64,000 bases of DNA, from positions 29,760,001-29,824,000 of the forward strand of contig NC_082732.1 in assembly GCF_030144855.1 (NCBI RefSeq). The letters run 5' to 3'. The stretch comes from Hypanus sabinus (Eukaryota). This document shows positions 1 to 10,983 of this stretch, piece by piece. How positions within the stretch are numbered: the stretch's first letter is position 1; each line of letters opens with the position of its first letter. The position numbers and the translations under genes are program-made. The notes below the pieces were generated by a model. It did not search any database. It saw nothing but the letters and a program-made list of their open reading frames with translations, and was not told the DNA's origin.

Positions 1-959
1 TCAACAGTCAATCACAGGAAGCTGGTGGATCATGGGGGGCATCAGACAGAAGATGGAACTGACACCTTCACAGTTTCCACTGCTCAGGGTCACACAGTGT
101 TGTACTGAATTTAACAAGATCTTTTCAAAAGCCAACAAAACTGACAACACTTTCAAGTAAATATCACTAATCTGTTCAACAGTTGCAGTATAAGGCCAAA
201 GCCTAAACTGAATGTACCCAATATTAAGCTGTGTTCTGCCTCTATTTGCCCATCCCCACACAATAAGTTTGGTTTTAAACTTACAGTAGGATCCCACTGG
301 AACATGCAGCTTCACTGAAGAGTCCAGCACCTGATAGTGTTTTACACCAAGTGACGTTTTTAAATAGCATCTGCAATGCCATGTGACAGATCATCTGTTG
401 TCTTTTGCATTCACAGAATCAAAGTACATTAAGAGGCCAATCATCTCATAATTCTTGTGCCAGAATTAGAGTTCTGTTAAACCAGCATACTAGGGACTTA
501 AGTGGTGCTGAACTGGCAGATTTTTTTGAACTACTGATTAGTATTTCAATTTATATTCAAAGACACTTTTAATTCTCCTTTTACACTTTAGTTATAAAAT
601 TTCCAGCAAACACTAAATTTAAAGGGAGCATGGAAATCAGGATTCATGTGTATTTGTAGGAAGCATAGGAATGAGCATCCAGCGACCCAGTTGTCAAACA
701 CTGGGATTTCCAAACTATTTAAGTTTTACGGTAGTTGCACTTTCTAATTTATCCTCACAGCCAGCCCAGCAACAGCAGCCCTGGAATTTGATGACAACAT
801 TAGCCATTTTAGAAGCTTGGTCTAGAGATCATTGCAAAAGCAAGCCCTCAGTTTTTGACCTACTCAAACTCTGGTATTATGAATGTTGTCTGATTTGTAT
901 GACTTAGAATCGATTTCATATTAGAAAAAAAAAGTAATTATGTTCCTTTTCTCAGAGCA

Positions 960-1202
960 TTACACAATGATTTCATCTCCCTGATTACTGGTGTTTTCTT
1001 CAATGTCCTATCACCCCAATATCTCTCCTTCAAGCATTATCATTAAAATAAATAATTATCCACATTCCTGTTCATGGTTTCTGCTATGCACAGCATGGTT
1101 CCTTCATTTTTCAACATTGTTGAACTTCAAAAGTAAATTGATTGCAAGTGAAGCTTTAACTGGATATCATCTGGAGCTATATAAAGCAAATTTTCTTTCT
1201 TA
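960..1202 (+). mobile_element. Decayed Deu-domain-type SINE tail within the KLHL21 3' UTR region
   Basis: ...aacttcaaaagtaaattgattgcaagtgaagcttt...gctatataaagcaaattttctttctt resembles the DeuSINE/SacSINE1-type tail (from memory). A related tail lies at ~61700-61785. Confidence 0.4.
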
Positions 1203-1536
1203 ACCAATGCTTTATAACAAGTGATAATTGATAAGAAGTCCAGGAAGACAAAACTTGTATCTTCCTATTTTTAGTGAAACCCAAATGACAAATCAAGCCA
1301 GCAGTCAATGCTAGAGAACCCAGGGAATATTAGCAAACCAAATTCGGTCAGACCAGTGACTGCTGATGGTGACAACAAGGACAATTTTTAAATGAAATAA
1401 GGAAAGACAGTCACTAAGTTGACACTAAACAGTTCACTACTTATTGGCAATCTTTTGGAAGTTGGAGGCAGCCAGCTGATTTGAGGATGCCAGAGCAGCT
1501 TTCACTGTACATGTCTGAGCCTTCATTCCAATGTGA

Positions 1537-1848
1537 TCAGTGCAAAAGGCGGAGGTTCTCATTGTGAAGATTCCTCCGATACCGGGCCAGATTTAGACTG
1601 TTTATTTCATTGTTCTGGTTGTCATTGGCAGTTCCTTCGAAGGAGACCCGGGCAGTGGGCATGAACTGTCGGAAAATGCTGACAGACCCGTGCCAGAAGG
1701 TAGGTTGAGGAAGGTGACCCAAAATCGTCCAGGAGCCAGTCTGAAAATCGTAGGCCTCAACTACGTCAGATAATTCAAAGGTGTTATCATAGCCTCCAGA
1801 GACAATCAGCTTTCCTCCCAGGGCAGCTACACTTCCCCCAACGTGGAC
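1537..1848 (-). CDS. KLHL21: KLHL21 coding exon 4 (last): final kelch repeat and C-terminal tail
   Basis: Acceptor cttttaccccag|GTC at 1848, phase 0. Reads [34 protein letters not shown]...[15 protein letters not shown]...LH*, stop TGA at 1537-1539. Matches the KLHL21 C-terminus as I recall it. Confidence 0.95.
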   Translation of the reverse strand, partial: VHVGGSVAALGGKLIVSGGYDNTFELSDVVEAYDFQTGSWTILGHLPQPTFWHGSVSIFRQFMPTARVSFEGTANDNQNNEINSLNLARYRRNLHNENLRLLH

Positions 1849-2200
1849 CTGGGGTAAAAGAAAAACCAAGACTCAGCATACTCAATAGTGTAGGGAAATG
1901 GAACAAATTTCTCAGAATTGGATGTTCAGAGGATCACTGTAACTAAGCCACTCCATGTCTTGCAAACTCATCCTCATTTTCTAATTTCCTCTATTGTCCT
2001 GCCCTGTCTAAGGAGCTCATTCCAATTGAATCAGTAGCTCCTCTCATTCCCACCCTCTTGGCCTCTCCTATATTTCCACCTTTCCCACTATATTCCCAGA
2101 CCTCAGATCCAAACTTGACAGATTCTACAGACACCAACCATCACTGCAAACCAGATGAACAAAGATTATTGCTGAACATTCTCCCCTATTCCACTTGTAC

Positions 2201-2273
2201 CTGATTCATGGGTGGGATCTTGTCCCATTCATTCTTGGTTGGGTTATACACATCAACCTCTGCAGAGTCATCC
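2201..2273 (-). CDS. KLHL21: KLHL21 coding exon 3 (73 bp)
   Basis: Acceptor tttctcctcag|G at 2273 and donor CAG|gtacaa at 2201. Reads (Q)[24 protein letters not shown]. Phase 2 in and phase 0 out fit the neighbouring exons. Not in the ORF track in this frame. Confidence 0.93.
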
Positions 2274-3319
2274 CTGAGGAGAAAGAGGAATAGTCGGTCT
2301 TTAATAAAATCAATGAACCATCAGCCGATCCACCACTCAACACAAGTACAATTTCAAACAGAATATGCATCCTCAAACAGATACCCCAATTTTTTTTTTT
2401 TTTTTTTAAATGGCTGTCAAATATTTCTTTTCCCTCCAGCACTTGGAATTATTTGGCATCTTCCACAATCTCAAGAATACCAATTAATAGAGCTTAATTA
2501 ATGTCTGTATTTTGCAACAATCAAAGTGGCAGTCAATTGCTCACAGGAAGTTTCCATGAACAAAAATGAAGTAATTAAAACAGAATTAGTGATACTCGCT
2601 GCGGGGTTAATATTAGCAGCTCAGGATCTCAGTCAGACACAATTCCCTCACGTGATACTCTTGGCTTCCACTATTGTTCACAAACCCAATATCCATTTAC
2701 CCTATAATAATAAATACTGGTATTAAAGTTGTCAATCAAACGTGCTAATGTTGAACCATTAAGAATATCTTTATATACTTCTATTAGTTTAAGAGGCACC
2801 ACTTGGGGGGGGGGGGGTTTTACCTCACGTAGATAATAGATGCAGGATCTGCTCACTTCCAGGCTGTTTAAAACATCTACCGAAGTAGCAACAAATGGTC
2901 TCAGTACTGTCATTGAAGCAAGGACAAACACTGGTGTCCTCCTTCAGGCGAGTGTGGATATCAAGCACAGACTTGGAAGTAATCCCACCTCCCTGTTCGC
3001 CACCCCTTTTGCGATTCAAAAACCCATCCATACTTACGTACACTTTAATAGTCAGTAGCCATGCTGAAGCCAAACTGGGGAGTTGGGTGGGGAAGGTGAA
3101 CTACCAAAAATGTTGATCTAAATCAGAACTCACGCAGTAAGCAACGTGATCATATTCCAGACAGTTGCTGCTTCTGTCTCTCAGACCCACTTGTTTACAG
3201 AGTAGTTGTGTGTCAGAAAGAGCTGTGTGTTACTTCAGGGAAACATACTTCTTACTTAATGACAAATAATTATGATCTGGAAGCCACTGACAGTGTGGCA
3301 GAAGCAGCGTTTTTTAAAA

Positions 3320-4390
3320 TTTAATCATTTACGGGATGTGGGCGTTGCCAGCTAAGCCAGCATTTATTGCCCAACCCTAGATGCCCTTGAGAAGGTGGTG
3401 ATGAGCTGCCTTCTTGAACCGCTGCAGTCCCTCAGGTGCAGGCACACCCACAGTGCTGTAAGGGAGGGAATTCCATGATTTCCAATATGTTTCCAAGTCA
3501 GGCTGATGACTTGAGAGGAGGATTTCCAAGTGGTGGTGTTCCCAGATTTCTGCTGTCCCTTCTACATGGTGGTGGTCATGGGTCTGGAAAGTGCTGCCTT
3601 AAGAACTTTGTCATGTTGCTGCAGTGCATCTTGTAGATAGTACACACTGCTGCAACTGTTCGTCGATGGTGGAGTGATTGGATGCTTGTGGAAGAGGTAT
3701 CAATCAAGTGTGTTGCCTTGTACTGGTGGTGTCAAACTTCTTGAGTGTTAATGGAACTGCACTCATCCAGGTGAGTGGCGAGTATTCCGTTACACTCCTG
3801 ACCTGAGCCTTGTAGATGGTGGGCAGGCTTTGGGGAGTTAGGAGGTGAGTTACACGCCATAGGATTCCTAGCCTTTGACCTATTCTGGTAGCCACGGTGT
3901 TTATATGGCTAGACCAGTTCAGTTTCCTGTCAATGGTAAACCCCAGAATGTTGATAGTAGGGGATTCAGTGATGGTGATGCCACCGAATGTCAAGGGAGG
4001 ATGGTTAGAGCCTCACTTGTTGGAGGTGGTCATTGCCTGACATGTGGCTGAAATGTTACTTGTCACTAGGATATTGTCCAGGTCCTGTTTCACTATCTGA
4101 GGAATCACAAATGGTGCAGAACATTGTGCAGTCATTTGCGATCATCCCCACTTTTGACCTTGTGATGGAAGGAAGGTCATTGATGAAGCAACTAAAGATG
4201 GTTAGTCCTAGGACACTTCCCTGAGGAACTCCTGTAGTGATGTCCTGAGGATGAGATGATTGACCTCCAGCCACCACAACCATCTTTCTTTGTGTCGGGT
4301 ATGATTCCAACCAGTGGAGGGGCTCCCCCCCCAGTTCTCATTGACCCTATTTTAGCTTGGGCACTTTGATGCCATACTTGGTCAAATGAA
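3320..4390 (-). mobile_element. 5'-truncated CR1/L2-group LINE (RT C-terminal part and 3' tail)
   Basis: Frameshifted RT pieces: FDQVWH, GVPQGSVLGLTIFSCFINDLP, ANDCT (decayed YADD-type site), ILGFTIDRKLNWSSHI, IYKAQVRSVTEYSP. Confidence 0.85.
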
Positions 4391-4789
4391 GGCAGCTTCA
4401 AGGAGAATTGAATAAACACACTGCAGGACTGAAGTTCAGGGTGAAAATATTTGAATAGCCCTTTCGAAAAAAAATCAGCCCATGTACAATGGCTCTTACT
4501 GTGTTGGAAATTCTCTGAAGCTTGTGATATTAAAAAGAAACCGATAACAGTAATCAAGAGTTGTTTAGTTGTGGATAAAAATTTCATCAGTTGTTGGGGC
4601 AAATTACTTGCAGATCCAATGCAGACTGGTTAATGTTGTCTTGGTAAACAGTCATTAAGTCACACGTTCCACCTTAGACACTTAAATAGAACAAAACTAT
4701 TTTCCATCCCCAAGCCATAAGCCTCACAGCTCACCCTTCAATACCCAATTACCCTCATGAAAGACAATAAAAATGCAAGTTCATTCTCC

Positions 4790-5210
4790 TCACAAAGAAG
4801 AACTAATCCCCAGGACAACCCTTCCCCAGCCTCCGGGCCAATTCAACTGAAGTAAGTAGAAGGGAATACATAAGCAAATTTCTTGGCTTTGACCCTGGTT
4901 GCAGGAAAGGGTCACAGGCTGTAGCTGGGAAACTCTGGGCTCCATTGATGTGGGAAATGGGCTGGTGGTGCTGGTGAAGGGAAAGGAAATCATGGAAGAA
5001 CTCACAGGAACAATATAAATGATGCAACCCCAGGTGAAACTTCATCACCCACTTCCATGGAGGGATACTGAGAAAGTTGTGTTTAGTCATGTCACAGTCT
5101 GAAAAGTGATTAACCACAATGCTGGTCTTCAAACCCACAAGAAACTTCTCAGACATAGTCATTGGGGGCAAATCACATCATCGCTACCACCCTCAGAACA
5201 CTGGAGAAGG
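4790..5210 (-). mobile_element. Highly decayed Penelope-like element fragment
   Basis: Resembles the PLE linker/endonuclease region also seen at 14770-14970 and 51480-51720. Confidence 0.4.
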
Positions 5211-5387
5211 TGACATCAATTTAGTCCATCATGCTGATACCTCTTGCTAAAATAAGTAATCTTGAATTTATTTAAGTATATGTATCAATCTGGTCCTTCC
5301 CTCCCAATTAGCCCTCCATAATTCCTTCATTCACTAATTTACTAACAATCTCCTTACTCCATACAACACAAGTCATTTCAAACTTAC

Positions 5388-5793
5388 TGGACAAAGTATA
5401 TTAATCCATTGAGAGTCACCATCTTTGGTACAAGTAGCCACGGAGGCAATGAGCCACACGTCACCATACTCCACAAGTCAATCTCAGGGTCGTAGCACTG
5501 AATTGCCATCGATTCCTCACCAGTAAGGGTTCCAATGGTGTATAGTTTGCCTCGGCAGGCCGTGCTTGAGCAGTTGTCCATAGGGAATGGCATTGGCTGC
5601 AGGACCTCCCAACTGTCCACAGAGTGATCGTAGCGTTCTAGGCTGTCGTGGGCGAGAATGTATATGTGTCCCTTGAGCACAACGGAACTGTGGTATTCAC
5701 GGGCTTGCAACATAGGTGAAACTTCGGTCCACTCATTTACACTGGAATTGTATCGCCACACACAATCATATAATGACGTCCCATCAGAACCAC
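5388..5793 (-). CDS. KLHL21: KLHL21 coding exon 2 (406 bp), kelch repeats
   Basis: Acceptor tttttgtgtaatag|GT at 5793 and donor CA|gtaagt at 5388. Reads [37 protein letters not shown]...[10 protein letters not shown], with kelch GG/Y/W motifs. Confidence 0.95.
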
Positions 5794-5949
5794 CTATTAC
5801 ACAAAAATAAACACAATGAAGTTGTAACAGTCGAAAACTGTCCCTTCCCACCACAGAACCATTAATCATTTCTGCCTCAAGAGAATGCACTCAATGGGAG
5901 TCAGATCCTGTTTGCCAAGAAGGCTTAATGCTGATTTTTAAAATTTTCC

Positions 5950-6160
5950 GGTACAGTACAATATCAAGCTCTTCTGGCCCAACGAGCCTGCGCTGCCCAA
6001 TTACACACGTGTCCAATTAACCTACTAACCCGTACATCTTTGGAATGTGGGAGGGGACTACGATGCCAAAGAGGAAACCCAGGCAGTCACAATAAGAATG
6101 TACAAGCCCCTACAAACAGTGGCGGAATTGAGTGTACACTAACCGCTATGCTACAGTGTT
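5950..6160 (-). mobile_element. tRNA-derived SINE (HE1-like elasmobranch family)
   Basis: Core ccaattaacctactaacccgtacatctttggaatgtgggagg...gaaaccca is shared with copies at 12410, 16195, 32890, 34880, 53280 and 55520. Confidence 0.7.
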
Positions 6161-6294
6161 GCCATTGTGTGGTGCTGATATAATGCTCCAAAGCCACAGG
6201 TGCTGGCTTTTGGGTAAGACGTTAAAGCAAAGGTCAATTAATATCTTGGGTAGATATTAAAAATTAAGTCATTATTCTTTGTATCCTAGCAATC

Positions 6295-6635
6295 ACCCAA
6301 CATGTCTAAGCCTATCACCTCCCTCATGGTTCCGCCTCCTTCTACTACCCATACTGCTTTCCCCTTACATTCCTTCTTCACCTTTCCTGCCTATCCCCTC
6401 CCCCACCCCTTGGTCTTTCCCCTTACTGGTTTTTCACCTGACACCCACCAACCTTCTCCTTCCCACACTCCCCCCACCTTCTTTATAGGGCCCCTGCCCC
6501 CTCCCTCTTCAGTCCTGACGAAGGGTCTCAGCCCGAAACGTTGACTGCTCGTTTCCACAGATGCTGCCTGACCCGCTGAGTTCCTCCAGCATGTTGCATG
6601 TGTTGCTTTGACCCCAGCATCTGCAGAGTATTTTG
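6295..6635 (+). mobile_element. Penelope-like element 3' end/pseudo-LTR
   Basis: Pyrimidine-rich tract, then agtcctgacgaagggtctcagcccgaaacgttgactg...gatgctgcctgacccgctgagttcctccagc. The same unit follows the GIY-YIG remnant at 14859-14966. Confidence 0.75.
6510..6547 (+). ncRNA. Minimal type I hammerhead ribozyme motif (intact core)
   Basis: cagtc-CTGACGA-A-gggt(ctca)gccc-GAAA-CG-TT-gactg. Stem I cagtc/gactg, stem II gggt/gccc, conserved CUGANGA and GAAA, palindromic ACGU in place of stem III. Confidence 0.7.
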
Positions 6636-7419
6636 TGTCCAAGCCCAATATTCTTTTTAGAAAAAAAATCACATTTTTCTGCTTGGGAGTTCGGTGAAAA
6701 ATTTGCTGCAGAACTCCAGTATAAGGGGGGGGGGGGGGGAACTTCAATATGTGCAAAGCATTTTGAAGAATTACTTTTTCTGCCTTCTTCCACCCTCAAC
6801 AATTTTCTGTGGGCATCACCATGGAAACATCACAGCCAAACTTGATGAATTAATGATGATCTGCAGCACAAAGAGGCCAATCTGTGGAATGGCTTTAAAA
6901 AATCTACAGCTTATCTCACTGTTCTATCAAGTTGTGTACTTTTCTCCATTTTAAATGTTTAATCCATTTCCCCTTAAACTTTAAAGGATCACTACTTCAT
7001 GAACAACTCTCCATGTAAAGGGGGGTTCCTCTAAGAGTCTCACCAACCTCACCAACCAGGGCAACTGATCCTCACAATTTTAAAACAATCTCAACAGTTG
7101 CTCAACATTCTTCTCACAGTGAACAGGACTCCTTCCCTTCCACTCCTTGCTCTCGTTCACTGGGGTCAATGAACCTCCCTTTGTTCTTCACACCCCCACC
7201 CCCGATCATTTCCAAAAACACAAAGGGTAGTTAGTGCCAAGTTTGAATAACCATTAGCAACAGGAAGCTTGGTTGAAATCAGACGTGGCAAGGCACTAGA
7301 AATCTTCAGTATGGTCAGTGTCCGAGCCCAAGCTCAGAGTCATGAGTTTGGGGTGTAAGTTTAGGTCTGTGCTGCTTTGGCAGACTGTTTAACTCCAGCA
7401 CCGCAGTGGTCTCCTACAG

Positions 7420-7915
7420 TTAACACACAGAAGACGCTGGAGGAACTCAACAGGTGAGGCAGCATCTATGGAGGGGAGTAATCTGTCAATATTTCAGACC
7501 GAGACCCTTCATCAGGGCTGGAAAGGGAGGAAGTGCCCAGAATAAGGAAGTCGGGGAGGGGAAGAAGTGCGTTAAATGATAGATGAAGCCAGGTGGGTGG
7601 GGGACAGGGGTGAAGTTAGGAGGTGGAAGATGATAGGTGGAAAAGGTAAAGGACTAAAGGAGGAGGAATCTGATAGGAGAGGAGAGTGAACCATGGGAGA
7701 AAGGGAAGGAGGAAGGGCATCAGGGGGAGGTGATAGGTAGTTGAGGAGCAGAGAAGTAGTAAGCAGGAAGCCAGAGTGGGAAACAGAAAAAGAGGAAAGG
7801 GGGAAGGGGAAAAATTACCAGGTTAGTGTCCAGCAGGTTGGTGGTTACCCAGATGGAATACAAGGTGTTGGGCTGGTGGCCTCATCATTGCAGAAGAGAA
7901 GGTCATGGTGCAGTA
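7420..7915 (-). mobile_element. Penelope-like element terminal fragment
   Basis: acacacagaagacgctggaggaactcaacagg...gagacccttcatcagggctg followed by a purine-rich tract. Decayed hammerhead at ~7484-7520. Confidence 0.7.
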
Positions 7916-8339
7916 TGTGTTTTATCATTGATTTGATTTCCTTCAAGCACAGTTTGACTCTTAACCCAGACTCATCCCCCCCCCCCCACCAAACCCAGGT
8001 GGTCCAAGTTCAAACACCGCATACTACACAATGGACCCTCAGCAGATGAGGAGGTGGGAGCAAAAAATTACCCCCACACACTCAGCCAACTATTTCCCAG
8101 CACAGCCATGTGAGTATTTGGGGAAAGTAATACATATCTGGGCCGTGAAAAGATAATTTACCATGTCTCATTGCTGGCTACTGATCAAAAATAAACTGTA
8201 TTCCCTGAGTAAAGATAGTCACATGCCCTGACCACAATGGCATGATCTGTATGTGGAGTGAGCACTGAAGCAATGAGGACAGAAATAGTCAGACAGCATT
8301 TTCGAACTACCACTCACTTTTTACCCACTGACTGTGACC

Positions 8340-8720
8340 TTTCCTCCACCTCTTGAGCGTAGGAGAATGAGGGGATATTTGATCAAGTTATAGAAAATTC
8401 TGAGAGGGTATAGATGGGGGTAAAAGCAAGCAGGCTCTTTCCACTGAAGTTGAGTGAGCCTAAAACTGGGGGTCATGGGTTAGGGATGAAAGGTAAAATA
8501 TTTAAGGGGAACACGAGGGAAAACATCTTCACTTAGAGGACGGTGCAAGTGCAGAATGAGCTGTCAGCATAAGTGGTAAATGTGGCTATGATTTCAACTT
8601 TTAAGATAAATTTTAATAAGTACATGGATGGGAGAGGAATGGAGGGCTATGGTCTATGTTCAGGTCAATGGAACTCAACAGAATAATAATCTGACATGGG
8701 CTATTTCTATGACTCTATGG
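8340..8720 (+). mobile_element. CR1-type LINE 3' end
   Basis: aggagaatgaggggatatttgatcaagttatagaaaattctgagaggg (RRMRGDLIEVYKIMRG-like)...ttcacttagaggacggtg. A near-sibling copy lies at 57480-57820. Confidence 0.75.
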
Positions 8721-8883
8721 TTCCTCTTCAAGAATTTACCTAAATTTTGGTTTTGAAAGTTACTACTAAATTTGCTTTCATTGCCCTGATGCCCTAATCC
8801 CAATTTGAAAGCAACACGTTCTGAAGCAGAATATTTAATTACATAATGGAGAAATTCTCATCTTGGTTTCTGGTTCTCCTGTC

Positions 8884-9359
8884 AATTTTATTAAGTCCAT
8901 GTTCTTTGGTTTCCTCCCAAGCAGCAGAGCAGTTTCTCCTTTCTTACTCTATCAAGCTGGCCGGTGGTGTAGTGGCATCAGCACCGAACTTTAAGGCAAA
9001 TGGCCCCGAGTTCGAATCTAGCTGGCTACTTGCATGCTCTCCATCTGTGTCACATTGAGCTAGCAACTTGACCTTGTAAAAAACAGTCGAATGCTACAGA
9101 AAGGGCAAAAATGCTGCCCAATGTGCCACAAGGTGCAAAAAGGAAAACACAGCTATCAAAACCTTTCCTAAAAAATCTTCAACTTAAATCTCTAACTGCT
9201 TCTGCTCATAGAACCTTTTCTATTCCCTCCATAAACAAATTTTGCTTCGGTGTCAATTAAAGCTCGGCCACTACACCACCGGCCAGCTTGATAGAGTAAG
9301 AAAGGAGAAACTGCTCTGCTGCTTGGGAGGAAACCAAAGAACATGGACTTAATAAAATT
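8884..9359. repeat. Perfect 93-bp inverted repeat (arms 8884-8976 and 9267-9359, 290-bp spacer)
   Basis: Base-by-base reverse complement of 9267-9359 equals 8884-8976. Confidence 0.93.
8956..9152 (+). mobile_element. tRNA-headed SINE with 7-bp target site duplication
   Basis: A box TGGTGTAGTGG and B box GAGTTCGAATC. Flanked by ctatcaa at 8949-8955 and 9153-9159. Confidence 0.7.
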
Positions 9360-9964
9360 CAGGGTGAAATAAAGGTAGGGCTTTTCATTCAGCTGATCAT
9401 GGAAATTTAATTCCTCCGAAATATTATGAACCCTGGAAACCAACACAATCTGGGATATAGAAGTAAAATTAGGCCATTTGGCCCATTGAGACTTCACTGT
9501 TCGATCATGGCCGATTTATTTTCTCTCTCAACCACATTTTCCTATCTTCTCATTGTAACCTTTGGCATCCGTCTATTGAGACTGTGCCCTCTGGTTCTAG
9601 ACTCCCCCACTATAGGAAACATCCTCTCTCGTCCTCTCTATCTAGGCCTTTTAATATTCGATCAGAACATGTCTACAGTTCTCCGAATGGCATAGCACAG
9701 GGACAATAATCACCTTCTATGCTCCTAGGTAGTTTGAGGTAAGATTTTTATTAGTTGGAGACAAGGGTTACGAGTCAAATGCTGGGATTGCAATGTTAAT
9801 CAGCTACTAAACATCAGGCTCTGTATGAGCAGTTGAAGGAAGCAGGTCTCTTCTCTTTATTGAAGTGGGAGAGTATCACGAGGGCGTGTAATCCTCAGAC
9901 TCTCTGACTGTGGGCAAAGTTAGGGCAGGACCTTTAGCAAGCGGAAGCAAGTCTCTAAACAAAC

Positions 9965-10580
9965 AGCGGGATGGTAGTGTAGTGGATAGCATAACGCTTT
10001 ATAGTGTCAGCAATCAAAGTTCAATTCCTGCCGCTATCTGTAAGGATTTTGAACGTTCTGTGACTGCATGGGTTTTCTCTGGGAGCTCTGGTTCCCTCCC
10101 ACATTCCAAAGACATACAAGTTAGGGTTAGTAAGTTCTGGGATGCAATGGTGGCACTGGCAGCATGCCAACAGTTGCAGGCTGCCCTCGGCACATCCAGG
10201 ACTGTGCTGGATGTTGACACCAACAAGACATTTCACTCACAAGAAAGAGAAAATCTGCAGATGCTGAAAATCCAAGCAACACACACAACATGCTGGAGGA
10301 ACTTAACAGGCAGGGCAGCATCTATGGAAGAGAGTACAGTCGATGTTTCGGGCTGAGACCCTTCAGCAGGACTGAAGAACAAAAGTTGAGGAGTAGATTT
10401 AAAAGGTGGGGGAAGGGGAGGGATAAACACAAGGTGATGGGTGAAACTGGGAGGAGGAGGGGTGAAGTAAAGAGCAGGGAAGTTGATTGGTGAAATACAG
10501 GGCTGGAGAAGAGGGGATCTAATAGGAGAGGATAGATTCTTTATGCTTTGATGACAAATAAAACTAATATTTAATCTATA
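9965..10580. mobile_element. SINE (+) interrupted by a PLE terminal fragment (-, ~10240-10535)
   Basis: SINE body ggttttctctgggagctctggttccctcccacattccaaagac, then aaatctgcagatgctg...catgctggaggaac...gagacccttcagcaggactg, then the SINE-like tail resumes (gacaaataaaactaat). Confidence 0.65.
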
Positions 10581-10983
10581 AAGTGGAAGAGGATCTCTGT
10601 GGCGGGTAATCCTCAGACTCTCTGATTGTGGTGTTAGTGAGGCGAAGACAAGTCTCTGTACAAACCTGCTTCAGCGCTCGCGTGGATCTTGTACACAGTA
10701 GGATTGTGTGCTGTCAGATTAGCACTGGATGCCATCTGAAATTGCCCACGCGCAGTGATCTCAGAACTGGCTACAACTGGGTCAATGGTCACCTGCTCAG
10801 AATTAGAAAATATATGGTCCTCCAAGCCCACAAGGTGGGATCCTGACCTAAATGAATAGGTGGCGGGGTTGGGGGTGGGGGGAATCAAATGAGCCTACAT
10901 GTGTTGCTATGGAGACAGAAATAATGTTCTTTGCTAGCCTTGAGGCCCTCTGGGACAGTGCTGGGCCAGACGCGAATACTTGC

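Noticed and set aside
8956-9025. Possible tRNA gene (A and B boxes)
   Set aside because: No convincing cloverleaf. It continues into a non-tRNA body and is bounded by a TSD, so it is a SINE head.
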